Of a stretch of 64,000 nt of DNA, positions 25,093 through 35,600 are shown one piece after another. The stretch lies in assembly GCA_965113315.1 (NCBI GenBank), contig OZ220363.1, one strand, 5' to 3'. The DNA comes from Podarcis vaucheri (Eukaryota). A program made the translations under genes and the position numbers. The notes under the pieces were generated by a model that ran no database searches, was not told the DNA's origin, and saw only the letters and a program-made list of their open reading frames with translations. Position 1 is the first letter of the stretch. Every line of letters begins with the position of its first letter.

Positions 25093-27165
25093 CTAGTGAC
25101 TATTCCAGGAAAGCTTGTGTCATAATGCAAATGTGAGTCTTTAAGGTGCCACAAGGCTCTTGGCTGTTATTGAAGAAGATGCTAAAGACCACAGACATGG
25201 TTGCTGCAAAACAAAGAAAGAGGGCTATTTGATTATCCCCCTCAGAACAATTTGAAGCCTTCTGCAGAACTGTAGTCCAACAGGCAGAGCAAATAGCTGC
25301 AGACATGTGAGAAACTGATTGATGTACAAGGATTTCAAGGCAGAATAGTAGAAATGGAAAAGCAGGTGGTGCATTTAAATCAACATATTTTCTTCCTCTT
25401 TTAATATTTGAATTAGTGTGTTTTTTAAATATACAACACAAACTACTACAACAAAATCCCTAATCCAGCCCTCCCCACATATGACTGATTAATGGTATTA
25501 GAGAATTATCTTTTCAATGTAACATATAAGCACAGTCCAGGAAAATCTTATGGTGTTCCAGTTTGTTCATACAGATGGTGAGGAGTACACTTAAGATACA
25601 TTAAATCATGAAGATCATATTTAAATCAACTTTTTTGTTTATCTTCTACCCAACTATAAATTGTTTGTCATTAAATTCCTCCAATAAAACGCTGTGTTGA
25701 GGATGAAATAGCCGTATTATTTATTAGACACGTGTTGTTTAAGTGTTGCTGTCTGCATAAAAAGTAGGTAGACATTTTAGTCTCCTGTACTTGCTCAAGG
25801 CATATTTACAACAAAAATACAAATCAATATTTTAATTTCCTTTAGATGTGCAGACCTCTACCATGTTGCAATAAACCCAATAGTACAGGAAATTATTCAC
25901 AGAGACAACAGCTCCCAAAAGAAGCACAGGCATAATCTAGAGTTGTAATGAGCTAACTGTCACAGAATGGGACACAGAAAGTACAATTCAATGAATGGGA
26001 AGTGTGTAGTAGTGGTCACAACTGGACCAAATATTCTCTTGAAAGGCTCAGAGGATAAATCCATAGACCTGCAATCCAAAACGATCTTATGTGTTGTGGA
26101 TCCAAATTGCTGAGCAAGTTAAAGGTGTCTATATTCAGGCTGCTGTCATGAAATTCAAGAAAAACAAAAGAGGTTTTGTTCTGTTTATGAAGCTTTTGCT
26201 CCACAGTTCAAAGCAGGGGTGGGAAACATTTTCTGGGTGGTGGGCCAGATTCTTATCTTCCCACTCCTGAAGGGACAAATTTGACAGGTGGGTGGGGCCA
26301 CCTACCTGTCAGTGACCTCTGCACTTTGGAGCAGCAGGGCAGGAGGAAATTCTAAACTTTATTGGAAAGTGTAGACTAAGGTAAAATAATTTATTTTGAA
26401 ATCTGTAAGAGATGGTGTTCTATTTTTAGACTAATAACACAAACTTTGGAGAATATAAATATCTTTAAGCAAGAGCAGAAGGATGGGACAGACCAGGTGC
26501 AATAATATTGCCAAACTCATTGCTTTAACATGGAGAACAAGAAGCTTAGAAATGCCATGAATGCTGTTCAGTTGAAAGGTATTCACTGTTTAATGTAAAA
26601 ATGGATGGCGTAACTAACATTCTTGGTATTGAGAGGCTGGGAGTTAAAATAATATCACCTTATTTTGACTGACACTGATAGCCTTCACTGCCCTATGGTA
26701 AGTGAATATGAAGTAATTATAGAAATTCCTCTGGCTGAGATTAGTCAGCAGTTACAGATTTTCTCATCCTGACACAAAGAATATATCTTCCACATTTATC
26801 AGCAATAGTGAAATTCCACGTTTTAAAAAGCTTATGAAATGTACAGTAGCTTAAAGTAGTGGTAAAAAAAGAGCCTAAGTAGCTGTGCAGATTTATTTGT
26901 TTATACACAATTGCCCCGTTTTAAAATAAAATTAAGAAATCCCCCTGCCAGCACCAATGTGTATTGGACAGACATGTTTGTTGTTCACAGCATAACATAA
27001 AATTTGACCAACCCGTTTAGCAATTCAGTGTTAAAATAAGACGCTTCCTTTCATGCTATCTTTAATGTTGATGTTTTGTGTCATATTGCAAGAGAAGCGC
27101 ATATTACACAAGAGGGATGTTGAATGCAGGTGCAGACTGTGAGCACGCAGCCAGGTTTGTTATTA

Positions 27166-27515
27166 AAGGTAAAGGGACCCCTGACCATTAGGTCCAGTCG
27201 TGACCGACTCTGGGGTTGCAGCGCTTATCTCGCTTTATTGGCTGAGGGAGCCAGCGTACAGCTTCTGGGTCATGCGGCCAGCAGGACTAAGCCACTTCTG
27301 GTGAACCAGAGCAGCGCATGGAAACACAGTTTATCTTCCCGCTGGAGCGTTACCTATTTCTGTACTTGCGCTTTGACGTGCTTTTGAACTGCTAGGTTGG
27401 CAGGAGCAGGGACCGAGCAACGGGAGCTCACCCCGTTGCGGGGATTTGAACCGCCGACCTTCTGATCGGCAAAACCTAGGCTCTGTGGTTTAACCCACAG
27501 CACCACCCGTGTCCC
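27166..27515 (-). mobile_element. Full-length Sauria SINE
   Basis: tRNA-like head GGGACACGGGTGGTGCTGTGGG, (TACCTT)n tail; 13-bp TSD AGGTTTGTTATTA at 27153-27165 and 27518-27530. Confidence 0.9.
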
Positions 27516-28970
27516 TTAGGTTTGTTATTACATGCCTACAAACTGAATGATAGTGTAGAAAGCAAAACAGTAATCATAATCATTACTACTTTAGTATTTC
27601 TATGCAAGTTTATTTATTTAGCATTTTCATTTAGGAGCCTTGATGTTCTCTGTTTCTATAGTATCCATTTCTAGAGGAGGTGACTAAGATGAACCAAGTG
27701 TTCTAGATGCGGTAAGCAAAGTGAATAGATTACATTCAAGTTTGGTGGCATAATCTGAAATAGACCCATTAATAGTTTTCTCAGAGTGGCTGAAACTTTC
27801 CCAGTTATGTAATGTTTGAGATAAAAGTGTGTCCTTGGCCTGATAGTCTCCTTAAGCATTACAGGTATTAACTGTCATGCAGTCTCCATCTGCTTCGTTT
27901 CCTCCCCTGTCAACAATCTGAAACGATTCATTCAAAATAGAACAGCAATGTACGGAAGGTGTCGCTTGTCGCTTGTTCTCATGCACCTTGTTAGTCACAT
28001 GGAGCTGATCCTCTGTATATTTTCTGAGGGCTCATGCATATGCAATATTGCTTGAACTACAGATATAAAAGTCTTCCTGTGTACATTGAGCAGCTCAGGG
28101 AACACTCCTGCTTTTGGCAGAAGTGAGGTCACTGTCATAGAGATCTGCCATAGCAACCAACGTGGGTACTGACAGATTCAAAGAAGGAACACTCATGTCA
28201 GTCATTATGGGACTTAAGATGCAAAAGAGAGATGTATTTGCACTAGTGAGATCCTAAACATACTTATTCTAAGGTAAGCTCCATTGTTTGTAATAGGGCT
28301 TACTCACAGATATGTGTGCATAGTTTCAGCCAATTCAATGACTCCATGCACATAATTTTCAATGACTCCATGCTCATAATTTTGCTGATATATAACCCTA
28401 GATTCTTAAGGAGTAAGCCAGTGCTTGCATGCTTGCATCATGTAATGCAATGATGTCATTTTGAGTTTGCTTGCCTTTTAATCTGCTTACAAATATGTAC
28501 TGAAAAAGGCGGGTCTTGTTGCCTTGAAGTTGATCTATGGCAAACAGAGAAATGTGTTTATCAGGCTATGTATTGTGCAGGTTTGATAAAATATTACACC
28601 TTTTCTCTGCCTCTGCTCTCAATCTGTAACATGTAGATTAGCAGCTCTGATCCTCTGCCTTAGGATACTGCTTTGGGAGTAACAGCACGAGCAGCTCAGC
28701 ATGGGAAGAACTTGTCAAGGGGAGAATATATGTTGATTATCACACGCTTATTCTGAATCCTCTTGAAATCAGCAATCATTCACTGTTGCTAACTCCATGC
28801 TTGGCTAGCAGAGCACATATCTAGTGGATTACATATGTAGCAAAATCCTATTTACTCAGAAGAAAACCCCATTTATTTCAACGGAATTTGGTCACAATTC
28901 TGTTCACACTTTCTGGGAGTAAACCCCACTGAACTCAATGTGACATACTTTTGTGTAGTCCTGCATACCA

Positions 28971-29090
28971 CATGACCCGGAAAGCTGTCTGTCAAACGCT
29001 GGCTCCCTCGGCCTGAAAAGTGAGATGAGCACTGCATCCCATAGTCGCCTTTGACGGGACTTAACCATCCAGGGGTCCTTTGGCTTTACC
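28971..29090 (+). mobile_element. Sauria SINE 3' fragment
   Basis: CATGACCCGGAAAGCTG...AGGGGTCCTT...TTTACC; reverse complement of the tail half of the other copies. Confidence 0.8.
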
Positions 29091-30193
29091 TGTGTTGTAA
29101 AGCCCTCTCCCCACCCAGACTGTTCACTGCACTTTTCCACATTTTAAGTCATTATCTATTGAGCTTTTTTTTAGGATTTTACCCCGGGAAATACGGTAAA
29201 CAGCCAGATTAAACCGACTGGCGGGCCAGATTAGGTCCCCAAAATGGACTTTGGACACGCCTGTTTTATGGCATATTTCATGAAGACCCCATCCTACTTA
29301 GAATGCACACAGGGTGTATTCACTATCTCTAGGCCAAAAAATAAAAATAATCAATACTTTTAAGGGAAAGTACTTGAGTACTCAGTGCTTATAGCAGGAA
29401 AATAATCACAGGCACATAGATCAATCAGGAAGCAAAAGAAATAAAATTGAAGCAGAATGTTGGCTTAGAATGGGTTACATTCACCTGCATTGCCTGGGAA
29501 TTATAATTTACATACACCCCTAGTCAAACAGGCTACAGCACTTTAGCCACATACAGCAAAGCTTCTTTCTCCTTTTGTCCTAAGAAGGTAGCATGCATAG
29601 AATTAAGATACTGACAAACCAGATCTGTCAGTTTAGGGACCTGGGGCAAACTTAAGAGAAGAAAAGAAGCAAACAAAAGCAAAGGTGCAAAACGGGTGAC
29701 ATCAGTTCTAACCAATCTCAGACCTTCCTCTCAAGGTACTCAATGTACGTAAAATATTTACATTTCCTAAAGCATGAAATGTCAACTAGTTTCCTTGACA
29801 TTCACAAGTTACAGGGTTGGACAGATTTTAAGGCTGCTGTCTTGCTGATCGTAAATCCTGCTGAGATCAATTGGATTAAGTTTGAGTAAGTGTGAAATTA
29901 AGTTGGATTTCCCATCTCTTCTAGCAAGAGCTTTGGGTAACTGCTTATATAATTGATTGGCCATTGATTTGGGCAGGGAAATCAATCGTTCAGGAAGGCC
30001 ACCATTTAACATTTGGCAATCCATAGGGGTTTTAAAAAATGATTTCTAAATTATACTCTTGGTATAGCAAACTGCTTATGCTTCCTTCTCCCCACTCCCT
30101 TGCAAGTTACCTTTCTTTTAACTGGGTATGTATGTGCTTTATATGCTACTCATTATATAGCGCGCGCATGCACACACACACACACACACAGCA

Positions 30194-30360
30194 GCCCTGT
30201 TTAGGGAAGTTTTTAATGTTTGATGTTTTATTGTATTTTTAATATTTTGTTGGAAGCCACCCGAATGGTGTTGGAAGCCACCCAGAGTGGCTAGGGAAAC
30301 CCAGCCAGATGGGCAGGGTATGTATGTATGTATGTATGTATGTATAAATAAATAAATAAA
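30194..30360 (+). mobile_element. LINE (L2-like) 3' end with simple-repeat tail
   Basis: GCCACCCAGAGTGGCTAGGGAAACCCAGCCAGATGGG followed by (TATG)n(AAAT)n; reverse copy at about 23953-24039 with an (AAT)n tail. Confidence 0.65.
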
Positions 30361-30762
30361 TATCATCATCATCATGGCAAACACTCATATTTCTATGGCA
30401 ATCATATTTTAGAAGCAGGACCTGCAGTGTGGAGAGCTGCTGTTCAGGTTCCAGTCGGCTAGCCATGCACTCTTCCAAAATCTTCCATTGCATCCACTTG
30501 TTTTCCCACCCCACCCCCTAAACAGCTGGCATCCCATAGCCACTGAGAGAGTCCCCCTCCATTACTGCCCTTTCTCCTGAGATGAGTCTCCAGTTCTGAA
30601 CACAGCCCTAAGGAACTCTGGCTAATCCTCAAATATAATCCTGGATTTCCCACCCTCTCAACTTTCATGTGTGTCTTTTGGGGATGGGGAGTGGATAAAG
30701 AATTGACCAAGCAAATATGCCTATAAAATCCTTCTTAGTTCAGGGAACAAGAGAAGTTACAG

Positions 30763-30936
30763 AGGTAAAGGTAAAGGGACCCCTGACCATTAGGTCCAGT
30801 TATGACCAACTCTGGGGTTGCAGCACTCATCTCGCTTTATTGGCCGAGGGAGCTGGTGTACAGCTTCTGGGTCATATCGCGGGGATTTGAACCGCCGACC
30901 TTCTGATCGGCAAGTCCTAGGCGCCACCCGTGTCCC
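30763..30936 (-). mobile_element. Sauria SINE with two internal deletions
   Basis: Both ends closely match the 27166-27515 copy. Confidence 0.88.
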
Positions 30937-31060
30937 TTCTGTCTGACCTTAATTTCATGCAAACAAGGTGTATCCTGAGCAGATAACCACAGAGAAATTC
31001 GGTCCCTCGTTTATCCCTGATACCTGCAAACTGGATTTCTCTTTAGTTATCCATGGCAAC

Positions 31061-31564
31061 CAGGGCCGGATTTAGGTTTGATGAGACCCTAAGCTACTGA
31101 AGGTAATGGGGCCCTTTATATGTCCAGCTGTCCTTTGTCAACAACAAATTGTCATTTTTTTGTGTTGAATATATGCTATATGGTAATATATGGACCTAAT
31201 AGGTACCGTATCTGAAGCTATTTGCACATAACAAAATATGTATTCTATCAAAGTAATTGTTGAACTGAAACACAATTAAGAAGTATATTAATGGTGAAAT
31301 ACAGTTAAGAAGTATGTTAATAGTTAATAAATACCAGTGATATTTTAGGGAGCAGGCTAGCAGACGGGGCTCATTACTTACATCATAGGAGCCTACACAA
31401 CACAAAACACTGTTGCTGTATGTAGGTTTTATATTATTTGTTTTTTATCTTATATTTTGGAAATGTACATCCAGGTGTTTTTTGCTTTAATTTTTTTTTG
31501 GGGGGGCCAAGAGAGTGGGGTCCTAAGCTATAACATGTTTAGCTTAAACGTAAATCCGGCACTG
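31061..31564. mobile_element. Non-autonomous hAT (Tip100-like) element abutting the RAB15 CpG island
   Basis: TIR CAGGGCCGGATTTA / TAAATCCGGCACTG; TSD ATGGCAAC / ATGGCGAT (6 of 8 match). Confidence 0.8.
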
Positions 31565-31569
31565 ATGGC

Positions 31570-32620
31570 GATGGAAACTCGTGATTCTGCGCCCGCTCCC
31601 GAGCTTCTCACCCCATCTTACTCGGCCTATGTTCCAGGGTCACGCCCCGGCTTCGGCAACAGGCCTGCTCGCCTTCATTTGAGCGGGCCGCCTTCCCTTC
31701 TTCTCCGCCCCTTCTGTTGGTTGTTAGGCACGTGGTGCCAAGCGAGCACGCCGGCTGGCTGGCGAGCGCAATTTCGCCCGAAAAGCGCCGGCTGCTGCGT
31801 CCCGACTCTGCGCGTCCGAGGCGCCCGCCTTGCGCGCCCCTGTTTCCCCTGCGCTCTCCAATAGGGAGCGGTAGGAGCACCTTTGCAGACCTCCTCGCTC
31901 GGCGCTCCGAGAGCGGGGAAGTGATTCCCTCCCCGGCGCCGGCGCCTCGGCAGCAGCCTTCAATTTCTCCCGCTCTTCTGGAGATCCACCCCCGCCGGAT
32001 CTCAGCAGCCAAGGCGTCGGCGTCGGTTCTCCCTCCTTCCTTCCTTCCACCTCGCTTCGCCCGCCGGGTCTTGCGGCTGGAGCTGCCTCTCCCCAGACGC
32101 GCACGGACGCCGCGGGCGGAGGAGAGCGCGCTTAGCTGGGATGGCAGCGGGTGCCGCGCGGGGCTGAAGCCGGAGCGGCGCCCGCCATGGCCAAGCAGTA
32201 CGACGTGCTCTTTCGCCTGCTGCTCATCGGGGACTCGGGCGTGGGCAAGACCTGCTTGCTGTGCCGCTTCACCGACAACGAGTTCCACCCTTCGCACATC
32301 TCCACCATCGGTACGCCGGGGCGGGTGGGGAAGGAAGAGAAGTCGGGGGGGGGGATCTGCCAGCCCGGCCTCTTCCACCGTCTCCACCGGGAGCGGGGAC
32401 AAAGGCGCAGGAGGGCCGACGAGATTCGCCCTCGAACAAGAGGGAGCCGCGGAGACTCCTTCGTAGGGCATCCTCGGGGTCCCGGCTGGAGGGAGGGAGA
32501 CCTCGTGGGTCACATTTGCGGCCTTGGGGGCATCGCCGCTGGACTGGGGAGGAGGGGTGGCTGGGTTGCATCGCGCGTAAAGACACTGCGTCTTTGGCAC
32601 GGATTAAGATGACTGTACCT
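31570..32620 (+). promoter_or_regulatory. CpG island / RAB15 promoter and 5'UTR
   Basis: Very high GC and CpG content; GC box, E-box CACGTG at 31729-31734, CCAAT near 31858. Confidence 0.85.
32187..32310 (+). CDS. RAB15: RAB15 exon 1
   Basis: Kozak context gccATGG; 124 nt; donor gtacgc. Confidence 0.97.
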
Positions 32621-35600
32621 GCACAGTTGCCCATAGCAAGCCCCAAGAGGGAATCGCCCCGGGCGATTCAGATCTGAGGCTCAGGCTCCCTGAAGCAAAG
32701 CCTTACTAAGGCAGGGATCGCGAAAAGCGCCCCTTCTCCCCGAAATCCCGGTCCCCCCTTCTGTGCCTTTGCTTCCAGTTACCTGTTGTTAGATGCTGCA
32801 CCAATACCGGGCCTTGGCTCCCGCGTTGCCTGTGTTGGGAGCTAGTTTTTGTTCAATAACCGCCCGGCTCTCCGGTCACTGTAAATGTTGCTGCTTGTTG
32901 CTGCTGCTGCTAAATGCAGTAATGCCAGCTCACCTCAAAGGTGAAAATAAATGCGACGTCATTGTTCGAAAATATGAGGTAGGCATAACACCATGAGTCA
33001 TATGGGGGGTGGGGAGAGGATAGAAGAGAGAAAGCCAGAGGGAAGGCAGACCCGTTTTGCTTTCTGAAATCCCCAGTGGTGGCTATGCTAGTCCCAGGGA
33101 ATAAAGTCTGGCTCCTCATGGGCTCTTAAAAAAACAGCCCTCTGATAAGTCCTACCTGAGCCTAAACCCATAACGTGGAATATGCCTGTTTCTTTGGAGC
33201 ATCTGCTTTTTTGTGGGTGTTAGCAGGCACATATGTGTGCTGAGAATCTGGAAGCAGCTACTGTATGAGCCCGTTCTATTTTTAGACACAGGAGTGACTT
33301 GTGGGAGCGTGCTGGTGAGCTCAGAACATAACACATAAAGCATCCTTAAGAGAGACTAAACATTGGCTGTGCCCCGTTTTACTGAGTGATGTGCAGGGCA
33401 TATCTGAAGTGGCCAAGAGCAGATGATGGGATAAACTGGGGTTTTAGCTGTTTGTAGTACCAGGCCTTTATATTTTGCATTTATATTCCACCTTTCCTCC
33501 AATGAGCTCAAGGCAGTAGAGATTTTTGGGTGGTTTCTTTTTGCTTTTGGGGTTTAGTTGGTTGGGAAAGACATTACCTGCTCCCCCCCCCCACCCCCGT
33601 TTTATTTATTGGGAGTGTAGGTGTTTGGCCAGTTGAGGGGCAGTTCTGAGCATCACCAGTTTTTCTTCTGTGAAATGGGTACTTTATTTTGCATTTGACA
33701 GTTTCTTAGATTTCAGAATATGCCCTTGTGCCCCAAAAAGGTTGGGGACCCCTGCCACGACAGCTGAACCACACTAGCTCCAATGGTTTGCCTTCACTGT
33801 TAGACGCAGTATGCCTCTGGATACCAGTTGCCGGAAACTGCAGGTGTGGAGAATGCTGTTGCACCCGGGTCCTGCTTGTTGGTCCACTGTGAAAACAAAG
33901 TGCTGGACTAAATGGGCCTTGGCCTGATCTAGCAGAGCTCTTCTTCTGTTAGCTCCGTTGGTCATGAAACACATTACAGTGGTACCATGGGTTAAGAACT
34001 TAATTCATTCTGGAGGTCTGTTAACCTGAAACTGTTCTTAACCTGAAGCACCACTTTAGCTAATGGGGCCTCCCGCTGCTGCTGCACTATTTCTGTTCTC
34101 ATCCTGAAGCAAAGTTCTTAACCTGAGGTACTATTTCTGGGTTAACGGAGTCTAGCCTGAAGCGTCTGTTACCTGAAGCGTCTGTAACTCGAAGCGTCTG
34201 TAACCCGAGGTACCACTGTAAATAAAAAGGGACCTTTTAAAACATGAATGGAGGTTCCCAGAGAATGACCTCAGTCAGGCCCCACAGTTCTGAAATTAGG
34301 CACAAAGCTTTCATCTCAGAAGGTGTGACTACTAGCGTGCTTTTCATTTTTAGAAATGTAGCGAACGTCCAAAAATAACTTGTAGATCGTGCAGGATTTT
34401 TTTGGGTGGTGGTGAGATAATGAAGCGTTGCCTGAAATGTGGTAAAAGGCGGCTGTGGCTGAGCTTCCCCACCTGCCTCTGACTTTGCCCGCTGAGGCCA
34501 ATATGTTGATGTTTTCCTGTAGAAACCATTCGTTTCTACCATTGTGCTAGGCATGCATAACCTATAGCAGGGGTGGGGAACATTTTTTTCAGTCCAAGGG
34601 CCACATTCCCTTCTGGGCAACTGTCCGGGGGCCACATGCCTGTGGGTGGGGCCAGAGGCCAAGGTGGGTGGAGCAACGAAAGCAAATTTTACATCTATAC
34701 AATAAGTTAGTTTGTACACACACTTATGCACACACTTCTCTATCCTCCACCCAGGGAAGCAAAAGGCAATGCAGGTTTTCAAGGACACATTCCAGGCAGT
34801 CAAAAGTATTCAAGGAAAGGGTTAGGGGATGTGGCCTGGGGAGAGAAGGTGCCATATAGAGAGGTGTGATTGGCTGCATTTGGCCTCTGGGCCTGAAGCT
34901 CCCCAGCTATGGCTCGATTCCTCAGGCTTGCATCCAGTGGCTGGCAGCTTGAGAAGAAAGCTGCTTTGGGGCATGTCCATATTGACACAACTCCATCTGA
35001 AAGAGCTCTGTAGCCCATATCAGGCATAGGACTTGCAAGTAAGGCCAACATGCATGTGGGGGGTTGGGCATTAGTATTGAAGCTATTAATTTCAGATTTG
35101 AGTATTTGGTCAGTTTGCAAGCTTATGATGGAATTGATCTGGAAAGTGAGAAGTCCCCATTTTCCTCCATCATCCCATCTGTTTGGGACTGATGGGTGTT
35201 GAAGTTCAGTAGCGTTGGGGTGGAGGACACAGGTTTCCCATCCCTGCCATACACTGAAGAATTGCGTATTCCAGTATTTAGCTTTCTGGCTAATAAGTTA
35301 CTTTCCTATCATGGTCTATTTTAGGAAATAGGATGAAATTCCCCTTGCTTCCTGTTTAATTGCTTTTGTAGTCAGTAGTCAATAAAAAAATGAATTGGGA
35401 TTTTTTTAAAGAGTAATTACAGAAATTTGCACCAGAAAATTTTCAGTTTGCATTGGAAAACATTCATTTGCTCTAGAGAGTGGTCTAAGTTAGCAAGTTT
35501 ATATTACTAGTATTTAGTAAACCAACCTAAAATCATTGACACTGCCAAGCTTGCATAATATTTGTTTGCAGTTGGCACCCATTGTTACTAGCAAACTTAT

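Larger units (their letters stand above)
24295..29885 (+). pseudogene. Putative decayed or unannotated multi-exon gene between FNTB and RAB15
   Basis: Series of AG...GT bounded segments with compatible phases and few stops (see findings); no homolog recognised. Confidence 0.3.

Noticed and set aside
28334-28381. 24-bp tandem duplication TTCAATGACTCCATGCACATAATT
   Set aside because: Simple slippage duplication with no further signal.
31608-32677. Long overlapping ORFs (330, 249 and 138 aa) around RAB15 exon 1
   Set aside because: GC-rich CpG island depleted of stop codons; low-complexity Arg/Pro/Gly translations; only 32187-32310 matches a known protein.
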